From the IMG/VR virus record IMGVR_UViG_3300029705_000039: a stretch of 64,000 nucleotides of DNA. One strand, written 5' to 3'. Position 1 is the stretch's first letter; every line of letters starts with the position of its first letter. This DNA comes from a virus. Its lineage: Duplodnaviria; Caudoviricetes. The notes below the pieces were generated by a model. The model did no database searches and was not told the origin of the DNA. It worked only from the letters and a program-made list of their open reading frames with translations. The position numbers and the translations under genes are program-made. This document shows, piece by piece, positions 19,281 to 26,973 of the stretch.

Positions 19281-19372
19281 GGAGAGATACCCAAGTTGGT
19301 GAAGGGGCGAGTTTGCTAAACTTGTAGGTCAGCTTGCCTGGCGCGTGGGTTCGAGTCCCACTCTTTCCGCCA
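19281..19372 (+). tRNA. tRNA-Ser(GCT)
   Basis: long variable arm, loop TTGCTAA. Confidence 0.9.
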
Positions 19373-19820
19373 AAGGTTATTTCACCTTGTAATAAAAAGG
19401 AACGCAAAAATCACAATTGGGCGAAACGAAGTAGTGACGCTTCTAGCAGAAAGCGAACAAAGGGACTAATCAACCCATTCTGTAGTCGTAAAAGGTGCGG
19501 CCACACCTATTACGCAAATGCGACGGACAAGGCTTTGGCAGGTGAGACTTGTAATAACCAAAAAGGTCAACAGACTGGTGGGACGCGAGTGGTCGCAAAC
19601 TGTAGGGATTAAAAATCGAGCACTAAGCTGTAATAATGGGATACTTCATATGGGTAAAGTTATAGGCAATTCCCATAGCCTGACTTAGAGGTATGGAGTG
19701 CTGACTTTATGAGCGGTTGGGTCAGCAACCTACAGTTATAGTAAGTTGCAATTTACTAATAATTAACTCTTGAGCGGTACAAAGATTAGAGGCGGCCCAG
19801 CCTATACCGTAGGGCGTATA
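19373..19820 (+). ncRNA. candidate large structured ncRNA
   Basis: about 450 nt, GC-elevated, many hairpins, no credible ORF, between tRNAs. Confidence 0.45.
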
Positions 19821-19821
19821 T

Positions 19822-19898
19822 AGTGCCGTAGAGAAGTTGGAGTTCTCGCCAGTCTGTCACACTGGAGATCGCGGGTCCGAGTCCCGTCGGCACTGCCA
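19822..19898 (+). tRNA. tRNA-Asp(GTC)
   Basis: loop CTGTCAC, GCCA. Confidence 0.9.
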
Positions 19899-19901
19899 TA
19901 T

Positions 19902-19977
19902 GATGTATTAGCTCAGAAGGTAGAGCGCTGGTCGTTAAGAGTTGAGGTCATAGGTTCAAGTCCTATATACATCACCA
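19902..19977 (+). tRNA. tRNA-like gene with disrupted anticodon arm (nominal TTA)
   Basis: perfect acceptor, D and T arms, ACCA; anticodon stem mispaired. Confidence 0.6.
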
Positions 19978-20048
19978 ATAGTATACGTCGGTTCAAACCC
20001 GGCACCGTCAATAGCTGGCGGTTAGTTTAAAAGGTAAAAACATACTAT
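19978..20048 (+). ncRNA. circularly permuted tRNA-like RNA
   Basis: ATAGTAT/ATACTAT stem encloses T arm, loop-closed acceptor stem, D arm. Confidence 0.7.
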
Positions 20049-20088
20049 ACCAGTTCTTACTGCGGTATCCTACGGGGCCGCAGATTTT

Positions 20089-20164
20089 GCTCCAATACCT
20101 CAGTTGGTAGAGGGCGCGCTTGGTAAGTGCGATGTCGCCAGTCCGATTCTGGCTTGGAGCTCCA
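20089..20164 (+). tRNA. tRNA-Thr(GGT)
   Basis: loop TTGGTAA. Confidence 0.85.
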
Positions 20165-20309
20165 GGGGATTAAGCTAACCCTTCTAAAAACACGCGCTGT
20201 GGTAAATAGAGAAGTGAGACGCAAGGGTATCCGGCATAAGGTATCTCTAAGCCTGACCGGTAGAGTAGCGCCCGGAGAGTTTTTACGCCTGTTCTCTCCA
20301 ACTTAATAT

Positions 20310-20395
20310 GGGTAGATATACCGTAAGTGGTAGCGGGGCAGGCTGTAAACTTGCTGTCAATGACTCGGGTGGTTCGACTCCATCTCTGCCCACCA
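20310..20395 (+). tRNA. tRNA-Tyr(GTA)
   Basis: loop CTGTAAA, long variable arm. Confidence 0.9.
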
Positions 20396-20423
20396 ATTTA
20401 AATAAAAGAAAGGAATTAATTTT

Positions 20424-20645
20424 ATGGAAAAGGAAACTAAGTTTGAAACCTATACTTTTACTCATTCTAATGAAAATGATGTTCTTACTTCCCTGAACTT
20501 CACTGTTCCCCCTGTAGGTGTAACTATTGAAACTTTCCTCTCTATGTGTCGCAAATTTGCCTATGCTCTTGGTTATGCTGAAAAGAGTATTGATGAATGG
20601 TTTGGCGAAGATGGAGACGAATCCTTTACAGAGTTTATGGAATGA
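20424..20645 (+). CDS. hypothetical protein
   Basis: AAGGA RBS. Confidence 0.6.
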   Translation: MEKETKFETYTFTHSNENDVLTSLNFTVPPVGVTIETFLSMCRKFAYALGYAEKSIDEWFGEDGDESFTEFME

Positions 20646-20697
20646 CCGCGGCAAAGGAATATATATTCATTTTTATCATAATGGAGAGTGAATAAAT

Positions 20698-21252
20698 ATG
20701 TATTCGCAAGCATTGTCCGCGGGATGTATGTTAGGCTTTGCCGCTCTTCTTTCTTGCTGTGTTGAGAATCAAATTTTAGCGGCGTTATTCTTTTCAATAG
20801 GACTTTTGTATATACGAATAAGTAAATTTTATCTATATACAGGCCAAATTCAAAATCTAAAAGACCATTCTACTTCTTTAAAAGAATTAGGAATTGGCTT
20901 ATTTGGCAATATTAGCGGCGTTACGCTTTTCTTCTCTTTATTTTTCTTCCTTGATTTTCACGCGGCCGCAGATAAATATTTTGCTATTACTGCTGTAAAA
21001 TGGTCTTATCCTTGGTATCATTATATTGCTTCTAGTATGTGTTGCGGTATTTTGATGACAATTGCAACAAAAAAAGAAAGTCCTTTATGGTTAAGTAGTT
21101 TATGTGTAATGGCTTTTATTCTTGCTGGTTTTAATCATTGTGTTGCTGATTGGTTCTATGTTTTCGGAAGCATGAGCCCGTTAAAATATTTCTATTGGTC
21201 TTTAACTGTTATTGGTAATTTTCTTGGTGGTTATTTGGCCGCAACCAAATAA
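20698..21252 (+). CDS. formate/nitrite transporter (FNT) family protein
   Basis: AG..LG, LYTG, GN..G, FILAGFNHCVAD, GNFLGG. Confidence 0.85.
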   Translation: MYSQALSAGCMLGFAALLSCCVENQILAALFFSIGLLYIRISKFYLYTGQIQNLKDHSTSLKELGIGLFGNISGVTLFFSLFFFLDFHAAADKYFAITAVKWSYPWYHYIASSMCCGILMTIATKKESPLWLSSLCVMAFILAGFNHCVADWFYVFGSMSPLKYFYWSLTVIGNFLGGYLAATK

Positions 21253-21261
21253 CCCTTACTT

Positions 21262-21818
21262 CGGGGTGTAGCGCAGTTTGGCTAGCGCATTCGCTTTGGG
21301 AAAAGAGATTTTTGCTGATATAAAATGTTAGATAATACTCAACAAAAAGGAACTATTACTGAATTACACTGTATCTTAGATTTAACTAATTTGGGTTATC
21401 GGTGTTTAAAACCAGTAGATGAAAGTTCTAAATATGATATAGTTGTCGATTTAGGGCAAGGAAAATTTAAACGCATACAATGTAAAACTGCTTCTTGGGC
21501 TAATGATACAAAACAAGAGCATGTTGCGTTTCAAATTAATACTTGCAGTCAAACCACTAATACAAAAACGACTACTCGTCATAAATATTCTAAAGATGAT
21601 ATTGATTATTTTTACACTTGGTTTGAAGGTCAAGGATATTTAGTCTCCATTGAAGAAGCAACGGGAATTGGCTTTAGATGGCGGTATGAATATCCTGAAA
21701 CGAATCAGAAACAGGGAATTCATATCGCTAGTGAATATAAAATTGAGGAGGTTTTAAAGGCAATCTAAGATTTTCCTGGAGCGAAGGGTCGTGAGTTCAA
21801 ATCTCACCTCCCCGACCA
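21262..21818 (+). tRNA. tRNA-Pro(TGG) interrupted by a 479-nt insertion (about 21299-21777)
   Basis: 5' half CGGGGTG...TTCGCTTTG, 3' half GGAGCGAA...CTCCCCGACCA; rejoining gives loop TTTGGGA. Confidence 0.85.
21325..21768 (+). CDS. PD-(D/E)XK endonuclease (PDDEXK_5 / intron-associated type) inside tRNA-Pro
   Basis: KG.ITE...P.....YDIVVD...RIQCKT...Y...DIDYF. Confidence 0.8.
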   Translation: MLDNTQQKGTITELHCILDLTNLGYRCLKPVDESSKYDIVVDLGQGKFKRIQCKTASWANDTKQEHVAFQINTCSQTTNTKTTTRHKYSKDDIDYFYTWFEGQGYLVSIEEATGIGFRWRYEYPETNQKQGIHIASEYKIEEVLKAI

Positions 21819-21949
21819 ATTAAAATTTGACATTTTTCAAATTTTATAATATAATATATACATAAGGTAAGGAACTTAATCAAATGCTCTCACCTCACGC
21901 TACACGCACCTCCTTGGGCTTTGTTCTATTACTTCCTTACCTTTTATGA

Positions 21950-22026
21950 TGCGGAGTGGAGCAGTTGGTAGCTCGTTAGCCCCATAAGCTAAAGGTCGCA
22001 GGTTCGAGTCCTGCCTCTCGCACCCA
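21950..22026 (+). tRNA. initiator-like tRNA-Met(CAT), atypical
   Basis: resembles fMet D and T arms; shortened loop CCATAA and bulged acceptor. Confidence 0.65.
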
Positions 22027-22031
22027 ATAAT

Positions 22032-22205
22032 AATTACAACAAAAAGGTATGCTTAGAAGCAGCAATCCTCTAAGGAGTAGGTCAAGCACCATAAGTGCAA
22101 ATAAAGTAGTGTAATGTCGGGCTGAATCACAGTGGCATATGGCTATGAAGTGCTTGTGGGAAAATGTGAGTAATCTTTTGGCGTAATAGCACATTTGTTG
22201 TAATT
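22032..22205 (+). ncRNA. 23S rRNA L11-binding domain (H43-H44) mimic with about 100-nt insert
   Basis: GCTTAGAAGCAGC and GCGTAATAGC loops in rRNA order, closed by a perfect 12-bp stem. Confidence 0.8.
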
Positions 22206-22710
22206 GCCTATCTACTAGCGTAGAAAAGGTTCCTGGATACGTCTAGGCGTATCCTATATGGAAAGGTTAAGGTCGCTACTTGACCTTTCCACTCACCGAC
22301 TTGCGGACGTAATCCGCTAAGGAAGAAACCGACTTTAGAAGATAAGTAGACGCGCAGGATGGCCACCATGGAGAGTGCGAGGTTCAAGTCCTCGGCGGTT
22401 AAATATACTTTATCTTTGGTTAGTCCTCAGCCAGGCGTTTGCGGAAACGTCGTGACAAACATAGATTATGGCAAAATGGCAAAAGGAATCCGCATTCTTA
22501 GTAGCCTATGGTGGGAAGAGGATGCCCCACTTTAGACGGAAATAGCTACCCGTCGGAGCCGCGTGTGCAGGATTCGCGGCGAATAAAATAAATAAATCGC
22601 TGTATGCGGCGAAGGCCGTTGAAGCACCTGTTAGCTAAAGGTGGTCTTTCGAAAGTCTATCGTAGAATAAATTTCTACGCGGTGCGGAGATAGCCGTATA
22701 AACTCCTTTT
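22206..22710 (+). ncRNA. candidate structured ncRNA(s), including degenerate tRNA-like unit about 22327-22400
   Basis: many hairpins, T-arm GAGGTTCAAGTCCTC, no ORF. Confidence 0.4.
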
Positions 22711-22714
22711 ATAT

Positions 22715-22788
22715 GGGGTCATGATGTAATGGTAACATAATTGCCCTGCAAGCAATTTTTCGGGATTCGAATTCCCGTGGCTCCACCA
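22715..22788 (+). tRNA. tRNA-Ala(TGC)
   Basis: G3-U70, loop CCTGCAA. Confidence 0.85.
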
Positions 22789-22818
22789 TTTAAAATTAAT
22801 GAAAGGAAGTACAATAAT

Positions 22819-22947
22819 ATGACCAATGAAACCAAGGTTGCTCTTCTCACCGCTCGAAAGAATCTTCTTAATGACCGCAATCCCGCGGAAAATATTCATA
22901 TTATTCATAAAATTGAAAGGCTGATTAGAAAATATTCTAAGGAGTGA
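22819..22947 (+). CDS. small hypothetical protein (42 aa)
   Basis: AAGGA RBS, MTNETKVALL... Confidence 0.5.
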   Translation: MTNETKVALLTARKNLLNDRNPAENIHIIHKIERLIRKYSKE

Positions 22948-23135
22948 TTTCAATGGAAAAATTATGGAAATGGTTAAGAGCGCATTTTTGTATTCACGAT
23001 TATGTACATCAAGAAACTCATACCATTCGTAATTTTAAAACTCAACCTCCCTATTTTCTGGCAACCTATAAATGCTCTAAGTGCGGCAAAGTAATTAGCA
23101 AATATATTGGTTAAGCGGCTTTGCCGCCGTTTTAT

Positions 23136-23291
23136 AGCCGAGTAGCCAAGTGGAAAGGCACGGGACTTCGTAAAGTAGTGTAATTGGTAGCAATGTTTCC
23201 GGTTAGCGCGCAGGGGACGGTGTTGGTTCGAATCCAACCTTTACGGCCATGACTCCCGCATTCGCTGGTTCGAGCCCAGCCTCGGCTGCCA
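23136..23291 (+). tRNA. tRNA-Gln(TTG) split in its anticodon by a nested tRNA-like RNA
   Basis: CGGGA-CTT|insert|TGAC-TCCCG; acceptor AGCCGAG/CTCGGCT, GCCA. Confidence 0.85.
23169..23249 (+). ncRNA. nested tRNA-like RNA (81 nt) ending in GCCA
   Basis: CGTAAAG/CTTTACG acceptor, D loop TGGTA, T arm GTTGG-TTCGAAT-CCAAC, 12-nt non-canonical anticodon loop. Confidence 0.85.
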
Positions 23292-23542
23292 AAGGGATAA
23301 CAATGCCCTTGTATGAAAACTTTCTTGCCCCAGTTTGTATAGATGCGGGATAATTCCTTCGTCTTAGTTTTGGACAAGAATCGTGCAAACCTTATAGAAC
23401 TGTAGGTTTATATGGAGGTCCGCGGCTTCCTAATTTAGAACAGTTCTTTTAGATTTGGTGCTTACCAAACTAAACCTATCGAGGACGTGTGAGGCGGGAA
23501 TGTTTGAGCCTGATTAAGTTCAGGGTGTAGATAGGTTTTTAT

Positions 23543-23618
23543 GCGAGGTTAGCTCAGTTGGGAGAGCACCTGCCCTACAAGCAGGGTGTCGGCGGTTCGA
23601 GCCCGTCACTTCGCACCA
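23543..23618 (+). tRNA. tRNA-Val(TAC)
   Basis: loop CCTACAA. Confidence 0.9.
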
Positions 23619-23622
23619 TTAT

Positions 23623-23707
23623 GGGGAGTTGGTGGAATTGGCAGACACGCTAGACTCAGGATCTAGTGCCGCAAAGCATAAGGGTTCAAGTCCCTTACTC
23701 CCTACCA
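23623..23707 (+). tRNA. tRNA-Leu(CAG)
   Basis: loop CTCAGGA. Confidence 0.9.
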
Positions 23708-23713
23708 TTTTAA

Positions 23714-23791
23714 CGGGCATTAGTTCAGTAGGTTTAGAACGCAGTCCTGATAAGACTGAGGTCCCTGGTTCAAATCCATCATCCCCTGCCA
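23714..23791 (+). tRNA. tRNA-Ile(GAT), with mismatched acceptor and T stems
   Basis: loop CTGATAA; possibly degenerate. Confidence 0.6.
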
Positions 23792-23795
23792 ACTT

Positions 23796-23869
23796 GCCGG
23801 CGTAGCTTAATGGCAAAGCTCCTGCCTTCCAAGCAGGCTACGTGGGTTCGATTCCCATCGCTGGCTCCA
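23796..23869 (+). tRNA. tRNA-Gly(TCC)
   Basis: loop CTTCCAA. Confidence 0.9.
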
Positions 23870-23870
23870 T

Positions 23871-23944
23871 GCAGGTATAGTATAGTGGTAATACCCCTCC
23901 TTGCCAAGGAGGTATCGCGGATTCGAATTCCGCTACTTGCTCCA
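23871..23944 (+). tRNA. tRNA-Gly(GCC)
   Basis: loop TTGCCAA. Confidence 0.9.
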
Positions 23945-24031
23945 TTTTGTGAAATTCAAGCCTGTCGACCCTACTGGGCGGACCGTAACAGCCGGTTTAA
24001 TTTTTTAATTTAATACTTAAGGAGTGATTCT

Positions 24032-24331
24032 ATGTACGAGAATGGACGAAAAGTTTCCCGTTATCACCGTATGCGCGAGCACAAACGCCGCCTAAAGGAC
24101 CGCTTCTTAAAGAACTCCTGGCGGCACAAGGGATTATCCTATGAAGAATATTTAGCAAATCTTACTGAAGAAGAACTAAATTATCGTTCAGGCGGGAATA
24201 TGATGCCTTGTTGCCTCCAATACTGGACACATTATTATGGCGGGGAACAGGAGAAAATTGCTAAACGGCAAACCTCTCGTGCTATTCGCAATTACTGGCG
24301 AAAGGAACTTAATAATTGGGAAGAACTTTAA
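24032..24331 (+). CDS. basic hypothetical protein
   Basis: AAGGAG RBS. Confidence 0.65.
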   Translation: MYENGRKVSRYHRMREHKRRLKDRFLKNSWRHKGLSYEEYLANLTEEELNYRSGGNMMPCCLQYWTHYYGGEQEKIAKRQTSRAIRNYWRKELNNWEEL

Positions 24332-24421
24332 TGCTAGTATAAATATTAAAAATATGTTGTTTGGTAAAATTTTAGCGGATAGAGGAATCTATCCGCTTAT
24401 TTTTATAGGTAGGTGAAAAAG

Positions 24422-26284
24422 ATGGTTCCATATTCATAGAATATTTATGGGTATCCCTATAGTGTTATTTTAAAAGGCAGCGACATTCAAGCCCAATCAG
24501 GTCAACTTTTAAATAATTCTGAATCTGGGATACTAGAAAATTATAATATAAGTAGATTTCAAAGAATAATTGATGGCGTGATTTCTAAGCTATAGCGAAT
24601 TATTAATAATTAGCGAAATATTTATGAAGAAATTTAGGGAATGAAAAATGGCAAGGGAGCATAGCTACTTAATGATATTTTACATAATAGAAATATTACT
24701 GTAGATGAAAATGGCAATATTAAAGGAATTGCACAAACTTATGAAGAAATGTTTACTGAAGATATAAAAAAGAGAAAAGCGACATTAAAAGAGATGAATG
24801 ATTATAAAGTTCAATATAATCAAGTTATAGAATATATAAATACAGCCTTAAAAAAAGTCAATGTAAACAACTTAAATCCATCTACTTTATAGGACGTTAT
24901 TTCTAAAATAAAAATTAACAATGATAAACAAAGAGGTATCCAAAAATAGATGCTAACCTTATTTGAAGATGAAAATAATGCGAATAGTTTTAGTAAATTA
25001 TTCATGAAATCCGGAACATTATCTAATGATAATCTACGCAAACAATATGCTACATTAATTAAAGATTATAATAACGTTCGTGAGGATTATAAGCGTATTG
25101 CAAAGGATGAGTTGCCGCAAAAAATAGGAAAAGACCTAAATACAAATTTGCAAAAGTTATCTAAAGATTTAGCAGAAGTCTATGACGTAGAATCTGATGA
25201 ATTACGAGAAGCCCTAATAGATTATTTACAGGCGAATATTGATTCATCAGCTGAATTATCAAGTCCCTAGAATTTTACTTTTACAGTTCCAAGAAAAGCA
25301 AAAGGTTTCGAGGCCGTTGAATATACAGCCTCCTTAAGTGTTCCTATTTTAACGCATAATGATTTAGAAAATATTGTTATTTCTGCTATACAAACTGGTG
25401 CTGTTACTGACCGTGTATCTTCGCAAATAAGATGCGAGGTTAAATTTAAAGATCAAGAAGCTTTAACTCGAATTTCAAGAGAAAGATATGATCAAATAAT
25501 TCAAGGTACTTTAAAATTAGAGAAAGAAATTGATTATTTGGCCCTTGATACAGTAACTACTCATGTATCTAATAAAATAGACGATATTATTACTATAATG
25601 AATGAAGACCCTAAAAATGGAAATAAAAAATATAATTTAAAATTTTCAGACAAATTAATCTTTAATGAAACGTATAATGGAGCGGGCGGTCTAGCTAATG
25701 TTAAAATGGAAGGCGGCACTTTATATTCATTAATTAATTTATTACAGGGCGATAATTTAGGTAAGTTAGGCAAAAACCCAAATAATGACAATTTTGAAGA
25801 ATTAATTTTTACCATCCTCAATATGTCTTCTGTATCTAAATTAGCAGGAGATTTAAATAAAATTGAAGTTGATAATTTTATTAAAGCTTTATTAATTTCT
25901 GAAATCTATACTTTAGCATTTAATCCAGAAAGTTTTATTGTAGATTTAGAAACATTAGATGAACGTAATTTATATTTCCATCATATAGATACAATGATTC
26001 TACCTTCTTATAACTTATTACAAAAAACAATAAATTAGTTAGAAGAAATTAAAGAAACCTTACTGACTTCAGAAGGAGCGTAGAATAATTATATAAAAGC
26101 ATCAATTACTCCTAGCACTTCTTATACGGCCTCGTAGTTATATACTCAATATGTTAAGACTCCTAATTTTTAGAACGATCCAGCAGGACAATGGAAAATT
26201 GTGGCAGATTTAATTGCTTCCGACACCGCTATTTCTGTAATGTTGGATATACCAGCTATTTTAGGTTCAGTCGCGGGAAAATAA
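24422..26284 (+). CDS. 620-aa hypothetical protein (12 TAG=Gln), possibly virion-associated
   Basis: single frame with only TAG interruptions, joining ORFs 24950-25270 and 25538-26038. Confidence 0.75.
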
Positions 26285-26340
26285 ATTTGACTTTTTCCAA
26301 ATTTTATTATACAATAAAAGAAAAAAGGAGTAAAAGTCAA

Positions 26341-26973
26341 ATGACAAACAAAACCCTTCCCTTAGGTTATGTCGGTGGCGATATTATGACCCACGGCAGT
26401 CAACTTGCCCGCCAGGAAGAATGTGATAAGATGGATGCGGCGGGGCTAAAGGTTCAGTATTATAGTCCCGCACAAAATAAGTCTATCAACGATAAATCCA
26501 ATATGACTGAAGAACAGAATAACTGCCTTGCTGAAAAAATTACGGCGGCAGATATTGAGCGTCTTTGGAATAGCGACTTCGCAGTAATGTGTACCGAACA
26601 GTCCGCCATTGGTACGATGTGCGAATTAGGTTGCTTATATGGTTGGAAGTATATGGCAGATAGGCTAATGGAAGTATTGAGTAAAGTTGGCTCGCTAGAG
26701 GATTTTGAAAAATCACAGTTAATTCGCTCTGAGGGATGTATTGCTTTATTCAACGAAATCTATCGTATTGCCAATAAAAATATCTTCGCCCATTACTTTG
26801 ATATTCGTACTAACCATCTAAATGAAAAGGACTGGCGTCGTAGTTTTAGCATCAATCAGCTTCTATATGGTATGATTTTAGATTGCACCACAGACCACAA
26901 ACTTCACGAAAACTTTGATAGTGTCCTTGAAGAACTAAAGAAACTCTATAAGGAGGGCACTACTAATGAGTAA
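26341..26973 (+). CDS. nucleoside 2-deoxyribosyltransferase-like protein
   Basis: YVGG, YSPAQN, D...L..SD, GT.CELG; AAGGAG RBS. Confidence 0.75.
   Translation: MTNKTLPLGYVGGDIMTHGSQLARQEECDKMDAAGLKVQYYSPAQNKSINDKSNMTEEQNNCLAEKITAADIERLWNSDFAVMCTEQSAIGTMCELGCLYGWKYMADRLMEVLSKVGSLEDFEKSQLIRSEGCIALFNEIYRIANKNIFAHYFDIRTNHLNEKDWRRSFSINQLLYGMILDCTTDHKLHENFDSVLEELKKLYKEGTTNE

Noticed and set aside
19481-19510. GTAGTCGTAAAAGGTGCGGC resembles 16S helix 45; GAAGT..CAAGGGTATCCG near 20210-20233 resembles the h44/45 junction
   Set aside because: Short matches lacking the GGAA loop and anti-SD; could be chance, unlike the two-loop covarying 23S match
18263-24013. Many short ORFs in the track overlapping tRNAs (e.g. 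18263-18544, 18771-19016, 19334-19612, 22974-23388, 23619-24013)
   Set aside because: Shadow ORFs of GC-rich tRNA/ncRNA sequence, without RBS
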